From an uncultured Alphaproteobacteria bacterium (GTDB lineage: Bacteria > Pseudomonadota > Alphaproteobacteria > ATCC43930 > CGMCC-115725), in contig CAVOWP010000029.1 of NCBI GenBank assembly GCA_963700185.1, positions 35,521 through 99,520 of the forward strand: DNA of 64,000 bases. Reading direction: 5' to 3'. Position numbers and translations under genes: made by a program. Of this stretch, positions 30,498 through 40,090 are shown in pieces. Under the pieces are notes generated by a model. That model was given only the letters and a program-made list of their open reading frames with translations. It searched no databases and was not told where the DNA came from. The first letter of the stretch is position 1. Each line of letters opens with the position of its first letter.

Positions 30498-32339
30498 TCA
30501 ATCTGCCGCGAGCGCAGCTTCGCGCCGAACGGCCTCTTGCTGGCGGGCCCACATGGTCGCATAGATGCCGCGGCGGAGCAGCAGTTCCGCGTGGTGGCCG
30601 CGCTCGACGATGTGGCCGCGGTCGAGCACCAGGATCTCGTCGGCATCGACGATTGTCGACAGCCGGTGAGCGATGACGAGGGTGGTGCGGCCGGCGGAGA
30701 CTTCGGCGAGGCTCGCCTGGATTTCGCGCTCGGTCTTGGTGTCGAGCGCCGAGGTCGCCTCGTCGAAGACCAGGATCTGTGGCGCCTTCAGGATGACGCG
30801 GGCGATCGCGACGCGCTGCTTCTCGCCGCCCGAGAGCTTCAGACCGCGTTCGCCGACCATTGTCTCGTAGCCGTCCGGCAATGTCGTTATGAAATCGTGG
30901 ATGCGAGCCAGCCGGGCGGCTTCCTCGATTTCCGCCCGCGTCGCTCCGGGGCGACCGTAGGCGATGTTGTAGTAGATCGTGTCGTTGAACAGCACCGTGT
31001 CCTGCGGCACCACGCCGATCGCGCGGCGCAGGCTGTCCTGGGTCACATTGCGGATGTCCTGGCCGTCGATCTCGATCGAGCCGGCATTGACATCGTAGAA
31101 ACGAAAGAGAAGCCGCGCGATCGTCGATTTGCCGGCTCCGCTCGGGCCGACGATCGCGACCGTCGCGCCGGGCGCGACATGGAAATCGACATCGGACAGG
31201 ATCGGCCGCCTGAGATCGTAATGGAAATCGACGCCGTGAAAAGCAACCGCACCCGCCCGAATCTTCAGCTCCGTCGCGCCGGGCCGGTCCACGATCTCGG
31301 GTTTGACCGCCAGGAGCGCAGTCATCTGCTCGAGATCGGTCAATGACTGCTTGATATTGCGATAGACCATGCCGAGGAAGTTGAGCGGCGTGTAGAGCTG
31401 GATCAGATAGGCGTTGACCAGCACGAAGTCGCCAACCGTCATTTCAGCCGCCGCGACGCCTTCTCCCGCCAGTATCATCACCGCGACGAGCCCGCTCGCG
31501 ATGATCGTGCCCTGACCGAGGTTGAGCAGGGTCAGGGTGGTTTCACTCTTGACCGCGGCGCGTTCATAGGCCCGCAGCGCCGAGTCATACCGGCACGCTT
31601 CGTGCTCTTCGTTGGCAAAATACTTGACCGTCTCGTAATTCAGCAAACTGTCGACGGCCTTGGTGTTGGACTCGGTGTTGCGCTCGTTCATCTCGCGCCG
31701 AAAGCGCACCCGCCAATCGGTGATCGAGAAAGTAAAGGTGATATAGACGAGGATCGTCGTGAAGGTGACTGCGGCAAAGGTCCAATTGAACAGCCGCCAG
31801 AGGATCCCGCAGACCAGCAGGATCTCGAACAAGGTCGGCAGGACATTGAACAGCATGAAAGAGAGCAGGAAATCGATCCCTGCCGTGCCGCGCTCGACGG
31901 CGCGCGACAACCCGCCGGTGCGGCGCTCGAGATGGAAACGCAGCGACAAAGCATGGATGTGGCGAAAGGCCGACAGCGCCATCCGGCGGATCGCACGCTG
32001 GCTGACCTTGGCGAAGACGGCGTTGCGCAGCTCGTTGAAGCCCTGCGACATCACCCGGGCGAGGCCGTAGGCGATGATCAGCGCCACCGGCACGGCGATC
32101 ACGACCTTGGCTGGCGAAAGGGCGTCAACGGCCTGCTTGTAGAGAAGAGGGACGCAGATGTTGACGAGCTTGCCGGCGAGCAGAAATACGAGGGCCAGAA
32201 CGACCCGCACCCGCAGCCTGGAGGAATCGCGCGGCCATAGGTAGGGCGTCAGCGATTTGAGCGCGCGCAGCTCGTCCTTGAGACGGCCCTTCTGTCGGGG
32301 GGGGCCGATCACCGGCAGCGGATGTCCGCGCGGGCTCAT
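30498..32339 (-). CDS. ABC transporter permease/ATPase, Atm1/HMT1-type exporter
   Basis: From ATG 32339 (ATGA overlap with the upstream MFS stop): six-TM domain, then GPSGAGKSTI (Walker A), LSGGEKQRVAIAR (signature) and ILVFDEATSALD (Walker B). Confidence 0.9.
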   Translation of the reverse strand: MSPRGHPLPVIGPPRQKGRLKDELRALKSLTPYLWPRDSSRLRVRVVLALVFLLAGKLVNICVPLLYKQAVDALSPAKVVIAVPVALIIAYGLARVMSQGFNELRNAVFAKVSQRAIRRMALSAFRHIHALSLRFHLERRTGGLSRAVERGTAGIDFLLSFMLFNVLPTLFEILLVCGILWRLFNWTFAAVTFTTILVYITFTFSITDWRVRFRREMNERNTESNTKAVDSLLNYETVKYFANEEHEACRYDSALRAYERAAVKSETTLTLLNLGQGTIIASGLVAVMILAGEGVAAAEMTVGDFVLVNAYLIQLYTPLNFLGMVYRNIKQSLTDLEQMTALLAVKPEIVDRPGATELKIRAGAVAFHGVDFHYDLRRPILSDVDFHVAPGATVAIVGPSGAGKSTIARLLFRFYDVNAGSIEIDGQDIRNVTQDSLRRAIGVVPQDTVLFNDTIYYNIAYGRPGATRAEIEEAARLARIHDFITTLPDGYETMVGERGLKLSGGEKQRVAIARVILKAPQILVFDEATSALDTKTEREIQASLAEVSAGRTTLVIAHRLSTIVDADEILVLDRGHIVERGHHAELLLRRGIYATMWARQQEAVRREAALAAD

Positions 32340-33541
32340 CGTGTGGGTTCCGCCGGTTCGGGGCCCGTCAACCCGGCTGCGCCGAGGCCCCGTGTCAGCT
32401 TGAATGCCACCAGCAAGGCGGCGCCGACCAGCGCCGCTCCCCACAAGAACGCGGCGTTCCGGCCGAACTCGCCAAAGAAGAACCCAGCGGCCGCCGGGCC
32501 GAGCACACGCGAGAGACTGCCGACCGATTGCGACACGCCCAAAACTTCGCCCTGCTCCTCGCGCCCGGCCCGGCGCGAGATCAGGCTGTTGAGCGAGGGC
32601 TGCGTCAGCCCCATGCCAAGCGCCAGCGCGCTGATTGCGGGCGCCAGCAGCGGCACGCTGCGCGCCAGCGGCATCATCAAGAGCCCGATGCCGATCAGCG
32701 CAAGGCCACAAAAGAGCAGCCGCTCCTCTCCGAAACGCCGCGTCAGCGCGCCAATGAGCCCACCCTGCAAGATCGCCGAGAGGACGCCGACATAGGAAAA
32801 GACATACCCGACTTGCCCAGGCCCCCAGCCGAATTGCTCGATCGCCCACAGCGCGAAGGTGCTCTCCATCCCGGCAAAGGCCAGGATGACCAAAAAGAAG
32901 ATCAGGATCAGGCGTGGCAACACCGGGCGGCCGAGCACGTCCAATATCGCGCTGACCCGGCCGCGCGAAGCCCCGCCTATGCCGCGCCGGTCGGCTGGCA
33001 GGCTCTCCCGGAGCAGCAGAAACACGCCGCACAGGGCGACAAAGGAAAACCCCGCCGCCACCCATGCCGGAGTTTGTACGTCGGCGGTTGCCGGATCATG
33101 GCCCGCCAGCAGCCCGCCGAGCGCCGGGCCGATGATGAAGCCCAATCCAAAGGCAGCGCCGATCAGGCCCATCCCCTTGGCCCGCTCCTCCGGTTTGGTG
33201 ATATCGGCGATATAGGCCTGGGCCGCGGCAATGTTGCCGGCGCAGGCGCCGGCCAAGGCCCGTGCCGCGAACAGCATCCACAGCGCCGTCGCGCTGCCGA
33301 TCCAAAGATAGGCGAGCACCGAGGCGGCCATGCTGACCATCAGCACCGGCCGCCTGCCGACGCGATCGCTGAGCCTTCCCCATAGCGGCGCGGCGAACAA
33401 TTGCATGAGCGAATAGACCGCCAGCAGCGCCGTCACCTGTTGCGGCGAGGCGGCAAAGCGCAGCGCATAGAACGGCAAAAGCGGGATGACGAGGCCAAAC
33501 CCGACGAGGTCGACAAAAACGATGAGGAAAAGGGTCGGCAT
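32336..33541 (-). CDS. MFS transporter (DHA1/TetA-like)
   Basis: From ATG 33541: MPTLFLIVFVDLVGFGLVIPLLPFYA..LWGRLSDRVGRRPVLM.., with 12 predicted TM-like hydrophobic segments. Confidence 0.85.
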   Translation of the reverse strand: MPTLFLIVFVDLVGFGLVIPLLPFYALRFAASPQQVTALLAVYSLMQLFAAPLWGRLSDRVGRRPVLMVSMAASVLAYLWIGSATALWMLFAARALAGACAGNIAAAQAYIADITKPEERAKGMGLIGAAFGLGFIIGPALGGLLAGHDPATADVQTPAWVAAGFSFVALCGVFLLLRESLPADRRGIGGASRGRVSAILDVLGRPVLPRLILIFFLVILAFAGMESTFALWAIEQFGWGPGQVGYVFSYVGVLSAILQGGLIGALTRRFGEERLLFCGLALIGIGLLMMPLARSVPLLAPAISALALGMGLTQPSLNSLISRRAGREEQGEVLGVSQSVGSLSRVLGPAAAGFFFGEFGRNAAFLWGAALVGAALLVAFKLTRGLGAAGLTGPEPAEPTR

Positions 33542-33644
33542 CTGTGCCGCCCTGATATCGCGCACCAGCCGCGGCCGGGCAAGAGCCCTGCCTCGGAAAC
33601 CCGGATATTCGGAGAAGCCGAGGATCAGGCGCCGGGCGAGAAGG

Positions 33645-33923
33645 TCAGGAAGGCCCGTCTGGCAAAACCTGCAATTCTCGATACAATCGCACCGCGAACA
33701 GAAGCGCGAGTCCAACCGCAAACGCCCAGGTAAGCGGCAAAGGTGCGATGCGCGTAATCGCAGTCGCGGCCCAAGCGAGGACGGAAAAAAGGCTCGAGCC
33801 TATAGCGAGCGCGAGCAGACCAGCGAAGCAACGCCGGCCGATCCGGCGCCTGCTTTCCAACCAAAGCGCAGCAGTCGCCGCAACGAGCCCGACACCGCCC
33901 GCGGCGATCAGCAATCCGGGCAC
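33645..33923 (-). CDS. hypothetical small membrane protein (92 aa, GTG start)
   Basis: Three hydrophobic segments. The GTG start overlaps the stop of the upstream 55-codon ORF (GTGCCCGGATTGCTGA). Confidence 0.4.
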   Translation of the reverse strand: MPGLLIAAGGVGLVAATAALWLESRRRIGRRCFAGLLALAIGSSLFSVLAWAATAITRIAPLPLTWAFAVGLALLFAVRLYRELQVLPDGPS

Positions 33924-34075
33924 GGTGCGACCTCGTGGTACCTGGGGCTGCGTGCGACGCGCTCGAACAGAAGCTCGATGCTGCGGCGATCGACCCCGTC
34001 ACTCTTCATCAAAAGGCCGATCAGGGGATCTTCAACCAGCTCGGCGAGCGAATACTCGGTGATTTTGTGGCCCAT
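33908..34075 (-). CDS. hypothetical small protein (55 aa), not in ORF track
   Basis: My own translation: RBS GGGAGAAG 4 nt before ATG 34075; MGHKITEYSLAELVEDPLIGLLMKSDGVDRRSIELLFERVARSPRYHEVAPCPDC. Translationally coupled to the downstream membrane ORF. Confidence 0.35.
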   Translation of the reverse strand: MGHKITEYSLAELVEDPLIGLLMKSDGVDRRSIELLFERVARSPRYHEVAPCPDC

Positions 34076-34317
34076 TACGCTTCTCCCGATCCCCCGACCC
34101 CATTCATCTCCAACAACCAGTAGCTAAGTCGTTAACGGACCGGCGCCACACCGGATCCCCCGGGGGTCCGGCGCGGCAAAACCTCGGCCAGCATCCCTGC
34201 ATGAATACAGGCGGGGATTGCGTCATGTTCCCGACGAGTTCTCATCTCGTGCCGAAGGGCTGGACGCGGCCGGTGCGAGGAATCACACTCGCCGGGTCAT
34301 CTGCAGGAGAGGCGGCG

Positions 34318-35202
34318 ATGGAACTCGGAAACCTCGGCGTTTGGATTTCGATGGACGGCATGACCGCAGCGGCCACAGCGGCGTTCGCGAAACGGGTCGA
34401 AGAGTGGGGGTATGCCGCGCTATGGATCCCCGAAAGTCGCGGGCGGAATGCGCTGGTGCACTCCGCCTGGCTGCTCGCGAATACGCAAAGGCTGATCGTG
34501 GCGACGGGCATCGCGAACATCTATGCTCGCGATCCGATGGCGATGGCCAATGGACAGCGCGGCCTCAACGAGCAATCGGATGGCCGCTTCCTGCTGGGAG
34601 TCGGGGTATCGCATCGGCCTATGGTGCAAGGAATCCGCGGCCACACCTACGGCAAGCCGGCGTCGACGATGCGGGCCTATCTCGCGGGGATGCGCGACGC
34701 GCCCTACCAAGCGCAAGTACCGCGCGAGAAGCCGCTGACGGTTGTCGCGGCATTGGGACCCAGGATGATAGCTTTATCAGCCGAGGTCGCCGATGGTGCG
34801 CACCCGTACAACACGACGCCGGAGCACACCGCGAAAGCCCGCGCAATCCTCGGACCCGGCAAGCTCCTTTGTCCGGCAGTCTGGGTTCTGTTGGAGACCG
34901 ACCCGGCCGCGGCGCGGCGTGCCGCGCGTGAGGCGCTTTCGCGTTATCTGCAGCTCGAGAATTACGTCAACAGCTGGCGGCGCGAGGGCTTCCGTGATGA
35001 CGACCTCGCCGCGGGCGGCTCGGAGCGGCTTCTCGACGCGATGGTCGCGTGGGGCGACGAGGGAGCGATCCGCGCACGGATCCAAGAGCACTGGGAAGCC
35101 GGGGCCGACCATGTCTGCATCCAACCCATCAATGCGCATGGCTCGCGGCAGGTCGTCGACGACAGAATTCTCGAATTGCTGGCCCCCGCGCGCCGATCTT
35201 GA
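34318..35202 (+). CDS. LLM-class flavin/F420-dependent oxidoreductase
   Basis: AGGAGAGG before ATG 34318. MELGNLGVWISMDG..WGYAALWIPES..GRFLLGVGVSH.. is a luciferase-like monooxygenase fold. Confidence 0.8.
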   Translation: MELGNLGVWISMDGMTAAATAAFAKRVEEWGYAALWIPESRGRNALVHSAWLLANTQRLIVATGIANIYARDPMAMANGQRGLNEQSDGRFLLGVGVSHRPMVQGIRGHTYGKPASTMRAYLAGMRDAPYQAQVPREKPLTVVAALGPRMIALSAEVADGAHPYNTTPEHTAKARAILGPGKLLCPAVWVLLETDPAAARRAAREALSRYLQLENYVNSWRREGFRDDDLAAGGSERLLDAMVAWGDEGAIRARIQEHWEAGADHVCIQPINAHGSRQVVDDRILELLAPARRS

Positions 35203-35288
35203 CGCGTTTCGGCGCGCGGCCGACATTGTAGATCGGTCTGCTTGCCGGCACGGTCTTGTGCCGTACCGGGTCGAGATGCGAGAGGGCG

Positions 35289-35687
35289 ATGACCATGTAT
35301 TCAGAAACGACCCGATCGATCAAGGTCACGGTCAAGCCGTTCTACCTGGAGGACCAATCCTCGCCGGTCGAGAACCATTACGTCTGGGCCTACCATGTGC
35401 GCATCGAGAATCGTGGCAAGGAAACCGTCCAGCTGCGTCACCGGCATTGGCAAATCACCGACAGCCGCGGACAGATAAAGGAGGTGCGCGGCGATGGCGT
35501 CGTCGGCGAGCAACCGGTGCTCGCTCCCGGCGAGGCCTTCGAATACACCAGCGGCACCCCGTTGCCGACACCGTCAGGGATCATGGTGGGGACGTATCAG
35601 ATGGAAACGAGGGGCGGCGATAGCTTCTCGGTCCGCATCCCCGCCTTCTCGCTCGACAGCCCCCATCAGGCGGTCCGGCTCAATTAA
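35289..35687 (+). CDS. apaG: ApaG protein
   Basis: ..[87 protein letters not shown] is the canonical ApaG/DUF525 sequence. Confidence 0.9.
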   Translation: MTMYSETTRSIKVTVKPFYLEDQSSPVENHYVWAYHVRIENRGKETVQLRHRHWQITDSRGQIKEVRGDGVVGEQPVLAPGEAFEYTSGTPLPTPSGIMVGTYQMETRGGDSFSVRIPAFSLDSPHQAVRLN

Positions 35688-35754
35688 CCGCTGGGCTGGG
35701 CGCCTTTATCGCGCTCCCGCCGGCAAGCCTTTTCAACCAACAAGAGAAGCCTCG

Positions 35755-36411
35755 ATGCCGCGAGCTTTCCCTCAGTCCGTGTCCCTATCTGAAAATTCGC
35801 TCAAATCCGTCCCGGCGCAACGGCCAACCCGCGAGGAAGCCTTGGACGCGGTTCGCACTCTGCTTCGCTGGGCCGGCGACGACCCCGACCGCGAAGGGCT
35901 GCTCGGCACTCCCGACCGCGTCGTGCGCTCTTACGAGGAGTTCTTCAGCGGCTATGATTTGGATCCGGTAGCGCTGCTGCAGCGCACCTTCGAGGAAACC
36001 GATGGTTATGACGAGATCGTCGCGCTGAAGGACATTCGTTTCGAATCGCATTGCGAGCACCACATCGCGCCGATCATCGGCAAGGTGCACGTCGCCTATC
36101 TACCCAACAAGCGGGTGGTCGGCATCTCGAAGCTCGCGCGGCTCGTCGAGGTCTATGCCAAGCGGCTGCAGATCCAGGAGAAAATGACGGCGCAGATCGC
36201 CAACACGCTCGACGAGGTGTTGCAGCCCAAGGGGGTCGCCGTGGTGATCGAGGCAGCCCATCAATGCATGACCACGCGCGGCGTGCACAAGCCCGGCGTC
36301 ACGATGGTAACCAGCCGGATGCTCGGCGCATTCCGGGATGACCCGCTGAGCCGGCGCGAGGTCCTGGCGATGATCGGCACCCCGGGCGGCGCCAAGCTCG
36401 ACAACGTCTGA
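35755..36411 (+). CDS. folE: GTP cyclohydrolase I FolE
   Basis: From ATG 35755: ..[86 protein letters not shown]. Confidence 0.95.
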   Translation: MPRAFPQSVSLSENSLKSVPAQRPTREEALDAVRTLLRWAGDDPDREGLLGTPDRVVRSYEEFFSGYDLDPVALLQRTFEETDGYDEIVALKDIRFESHCEHHIAPIIGKVHVAYLPNKRVVGISKLARLVEVYAKRLQIQEKMTAQIANTLDEVLQPKGVAVVIEAAHQCMTTRGVHKPGVTMVTSRMLGAFRDDPLSRREVLAMIGTPGGAKLDNV

Positions 36412-36415
36412 GCCG

Positions 36416-36922
36416 CTAGCCTTTCGACGGCGGCTCGGGAGCGGGCAGGACGCGCCTTTCGACTTCGCCGGCGAGGTCGCCGAAACTGAGGAAGATGCGA
36501 TAGCTGCGCCAGTCCCGGCGATATTCGATTTCGTCGGGCACCGGGATCGAGGCCGTCGAGACCATCGCCAGAAGCCGGGCATCGCCCTGCGGAGCGCCGG
36601 TCACCACGCCAGGAGCCGGTGCGAATTTGTCGAGGCCGAAGATGGTGCCTTCGTAAGGGGTATCGATCTGCCTTTGGTAAAACGCGACGCCGGGCGACGG
36701 GTTGACGTGGAGGTATGAAGCCGGCGTCGCTTGGCCGTCGGGCGAGACCAGCTCCGCGGTACGCAGCGGCAGGCGGTCGACCGCATCAACCTCGATGCTG
36801 TTGACGACGCCGCCGGGAGGGAACCGAGCGCTGACTTGATCGGAGGGTAATGGCGGCAACCCGCTCTCAGAGGCACAGCCGACGACGAGAGCCAGAGCCA
36901 GCAACGAGGCGGCGGCGCGCAT
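36416..36922 (-). CDS. hypothetical lipoprotein
   Basis: MRAAASLLALALVVGC lipobox followed by a 150-aa soluble domain. No family recognised. Confidence 0.6.
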   Translation of the reverse strand: MRAAASLLALALVVGCASESGLPPLPSDQVSARFPPGGVVNSIEVDAVDRLPLRTAELVSPDGQATPASYLHVNPSPGVAFYQRQIDTPYEGTIFGLDKFAPAPGVVTGAPQGDARLLAMVSTASIPVPDEIEYRRDWRSYRIFLSFGDLAGEVERRVLPAPEPPSKG

Positions 36923-36944
36923 CCAACCCCCAGGATCGATGCTG

Positions 36945-38303
36945 TCAGCCGTGCTGCGCTCCTGACTCTCGGCGTACCGCCTTTTGCAGAAAATCGAGAG
37001 CGGCGGCGACCTGCGGGTCGTTGCCGGTTCCGATGATCATAGGCTTGATCGGGTGCTCCGCCTCGGCTGTAGCGGCCCGTCCGGTGGCTGCGGAGCTGGC
37101 GTTAGGTGGCGAGTTGATCGAGCCTCCGTTCTTCAAAGCCCCGTAGAGATCGCTTTCGAAGCTGATCACGGCATTTGCCACTTGTTGGTTTTTCGGGACA
37201 TTGACGACGATGTCGGGCGAAATGCCCTGGCCCTGAATGGAACGGCCCGACGGTGTGTAGTACAGCGCAGTCGTCAGGCGGAGCGCGCCGCGGCCCTCCA
37301 GCGGAATGATCGTCTGAACCGAGCCCTTGCCAAAGCTGCGGGTTCCCATAACCGTCGCACGGTGGTGGTCCTGCAAAGCGCCGGCGACGATTTCCGCAGC
37401 CGACGCCGAGGCGCTGTTGATCAGCACGACGATGGGTGTCCCGCGCAGCAGGTCGCCGGTCGCCGGAGCACGGTAGACGTGGTCGTCAGCCGTGTTGCGG
37501 CCGCGCGTCGTGACCACGACGCCGCCGTCGAGAAAGATCCCGGCGACATCGATCGAGGCGTCGAGCAACCCGCCCGGGTCGTTGCGCAAATCGAGGATGA
37601 AGCCGTTCAGCCGGCCCTGCGTCCGCCCCTTCATTCTCTCGAGCGCACCGGCGAGCTCGGAGGCGGTATTCTCGGTGAACGTGGTAATGCGGGCATAGCC
37701 GATGTTATTCGGCTTGAGCTCCGATTTGACCGAGACGACGCGGATCACGTTGCGCGTCAACGTCACGTCGAAAGGGGCGCGGTCGTTGCGAGCGATACTC
37801 AGGGTCACCCTGCTCCCCGCAGACCCGCGCAGCCGCTTGACCACTTCCTCGACGTCCATGCCAGTGGTCGGCAAGGCGTCGATCTTGACGATGCGGTCTC
37901 CCGGCTCGATGCCCGCCTCGGCGGCCGGCGTCCCGTCGATAGGCGAGATCACCTCAGGCACCTTGCCTTCGAGGGTCAGCTCGACGCCGATGCCGCCGAA
38001 TTGGCCGCGGGTCACGGCGGCCATCTGCTGATATTGCTCCTGATCCATATAATCGGAATGGGGATCGAGCCGCGTCAGCATGCCCTTCAGGGCATCCTTA
38101 GCGAGCTCACCGCCGGTCACCGGCGCGACGTAATTCTTCTCGACCTGCTTTATCGCATCCTGGATCAGGCCGAGATCGCCGGCGTCGGCCGGGTAGGCTC
38201 CGGTGCCCGCCCCGGCGCTGTCGCAGGCGTACAGCGTCAGCGAGACCAGGACGACGGCGGCGGCCCTTACAGCCGAGTGGTGCGGGCGTGAAATGTCGAT
38301 CAT
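36945..38303 (-). CDS. ctpA: S41-family carboxy-terminal processing peptidase
   Basis: 452 aa. PDZ region (..GGIGVELTLEGKVPEVISPIDGTPAAEAGIEPGDRIVKID..) and catalytic region (..GFILDLRNDPGGLL..VVLINSASASAAEIVAGALQDH..GTRSFGKGSVQT). Confidence 0.9.
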   Translation of the reverse strand: MIDISRPHHSAVRAAAVVLVSLTLYACDSAGAGTGAYPADAGDLGLIQDAIKQVEKNYVAPVTGGELAKDALKGMLTRLDPHSDYMDQEQYQQMAAVTRGQFGGIGVELTLEGKVPEVISPIDGTPAAEAGIEPGDRIVKIDALPTTGMDVEEVVKRLRGSAGSRVTLSIARNDRAPFDVTLTRNVIRVVSVKSELKPNNIGYARITTFTENTASELAGALERMKGRTQGRLNGFILDLRNDPGGLLDASIDVAGIFLDGGVVVTTRGRNTADDHVYRAPATGDLLRGTPIVVLINSASASAAEIVAGALQDHHRATVMGTRSFGKGSVQTIIPLEGRGALRLTTALYYTPSGRSIQGQGISPDIVVNVPKNQQVANAVISFESDLYGALKNGGSINSPPNASSAATGRAATAEAEHPIKPMIIGTGNDPQVAAALDFLQKAVRRESGAQHG

Positions 38304-38392
38304 CGGGTTCTCGCGGAGGGTTGGCGCGGATCAGCCGCGCAGAATGTAGTCTCTAGAAGGCCTGCTTCCAGGGCGGGGCCGGCCGCGTGCGG

Positions 38393-39223
38393 TCAATCCA
38401 GGGAAAAACCGCGGGTGCGCAAGAAGGTCGGAAAGCTCTGGCCTTCGGGTTGGACGGCCTGTCGCGCCTTGTCTTCCGACCAACCGTAAAAAGACGCATA
38501 GCCAAACACATCGGGCGAGCGTTGCTGCTCGCGCGGCAGCGAGTATCGCGCATCGCGGCGCCGGTCATAGGCATCGAGAGCTTCGCGAAGCCGCCGCTCG
38601 TCGTACTGATCGATGTGCACGGTCGCCGCGAGCGGAAGACGCATGCTGACGTGTCCGGCGGCAGCGGGATAGCCGACGCACAGCCCCGCTACCGGGAACA
38701 CCTTGTCGGGCAGACGCAAAATGTCGGCAACGGCCGCGGCGTGGTTGCGGATGACGCTGATCGGACAGCACCCGAGACCCGCGGTTTCGGCAGCCAGGAT
38801 GAAGGTCTGCAAGACCAGCGCCGCGTCGACAGCGGCGTTGAAAAATCCCTCGAGTTTGCCGTTCTCGTTGCGGTGACCGCGCATTTCGCCGATCCGCCCC
38901 AGGCGGTGCGCGTCGCCGCAAAAGACTAAAAATTCCGGCGCGTTTCCGACCCACGGCATGTCGGGCACGAGCGCCGCGAGGCGATCGCGGCTCTGGCGGT
39001 CCCTGACCCAAATGACGGTGGCTTGCTGGAAATCCGATTTCGAGGAGGCCGAAAAGGCCGTTCCCAGCAATAGACGCAGCAAGGGTTCGGGGACCGGGCG
39101 TTCGGCATAACGCCGATGGGTACGGCGCATCAGGACTTGGCGCAGCCATGGCAGATCGGGTAGATCCGGCGCGGGTTCGGTTTCTTCGCCGAAGCGCGCC
39201 CGCCACTCAGCCTCGTAGCTCAT
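38393..39223 (-). CDS. nitroreductase-family protein
   Basis: From ATG 39223 (GAGGAG 6 nt upstream): ..LMRRTHRRYAERPVPEPLLRLLLGTAFSASSKSDFQ..AVDAALVLQTFILAAETAGLGCCPISVIRN.. matches the NADH/FMN nitroreductase fold. Confidence 0.75.
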   Translation of the reverse strand: MSYEAEWRARFGEETEPAPDLPDLPWLRQVLMRRTHRRYAERPVPEPLLRLLLGTAFSASSKSDFQQATVIWVRDRQSRDRLAALVPDMPWVGNAPEFLVFCGDAHRLGRIGEMRGHRNENGKLEGFFNAAVDAALVLQTFILAAETAGLGCCPISVIRNHAAAVADILRLPDKVFPVAGLCVGYPAAAGHVSMRLPLAATVHIDQYDERRLREALDAYDRRRDARYSLPREQQRSPDVFGYASFYGWSEDKARQAVQPEGQSFPTFLRTRGFSLD

Positions 39224-39372
39224 GCTCATCTCCTCGTCGGCGGCGTCTCCCGCGGCAGAGGGGCTGATTTTATGGGTTGTCGTCAATGACATCCGGCAGC
39301 TAGCGTGAGTTCTGACCACCGGGAGGGAGACGTGCCGAACTGAAGGTACCGGACGGGGAGATCCATTACGAG

Positions 39373-40080
39373 GTGCACGGCTCCGGCTATCCGCTGATGA
39401 TATTTGCCCCGGGCGGGTTGCGCTCGGAACTTGCATTCTGGCGGCACAGCCCGTCGAACCCGTCGGCGCCGGCAGTCTGGATGGATCCGACGGCCGTCTT
39501 GGGGAGCAAGTATCGGGTCGTGGCGATGGACCAGCGCAATGCCGGCCGCTCGCGCACGCGGATCGATGCGACCGACGACTGGCATATTTATGCCGGCGAC
39601 CACCTGGCACTGGCCGACCATCTCGGGTTCGATCGGTTTCACGTCATGGGCGGCTGCATCGGCGCCTCGTTCTGCTTGACCTTGTGCGAGCTGGCGCCGA
39701 ACCGCATCAGCGCGGCGGTCTTGCAGAACCCGATCGGCCATGCCGACAATCGCGGCGTATTCCACAACCTGGTGCAGAGCTGGGCAAAGGGCGTCCGTGA
39801 GGAGCGTCCCGAGATAGACGAGGACATTTTGAACAAATTCGGCGGCAACATGTTCGGTGGCGATTTCGTGTTCAGCGTGACCCGCGAATTCGTGCGCCAA
39901 TGCAAGACCCCGCTGCTGGTCATGCCCGGCGACGATCCGCCGCATCCAAAGGTGATCGCCGAGGAAATCACCGAGCTGGCTCCCAATGTCGAGGTGCTGC
40001 GGCAATGGAAGGGGCCGGAGCATCTGCAGACCGCGATCGATCGCGTCACGCAATTCATGGACCGCCACACGCCGCGCTAA
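39373..40080 (+). CDS. alpha/beta hydrolase (start uncertain; the N-terminus probably begins about 30-40 nt upstream)
   Basis: ..YPLMIFAPGG..VVAMDQRNAGRS..HVMGGCIGASFCL (GxCxG nucleophile elbow). In-frame upstream codons LKVPDGEIHYEV also look like part of the protein, but there is no in-frame ATG/GTG. Confidence 0.75.
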   Translation: MHGSGYPLMIFAPGGLRSELAFWRHSPSNPSAPAVWMDPTAVLGSKYRVVAMDQRNAGRSRTRIDATDDWHIYAGDHLALADHLGFDRFHVMGGCIGASFCLTLCELAPNRISAAVLQNPIGHADNRGVFHNLVQSWAKGVREERPEIDEDILNKFGGNMFGGDFVFSVTREFVRQCKTPLLVMPGDDPPHPKVIAEEITELAPNVEVLRQWKGPEHLQTAIDRVTQFMDRHTPR

Positions 40081-40090
40081 GGCCGGCCCC

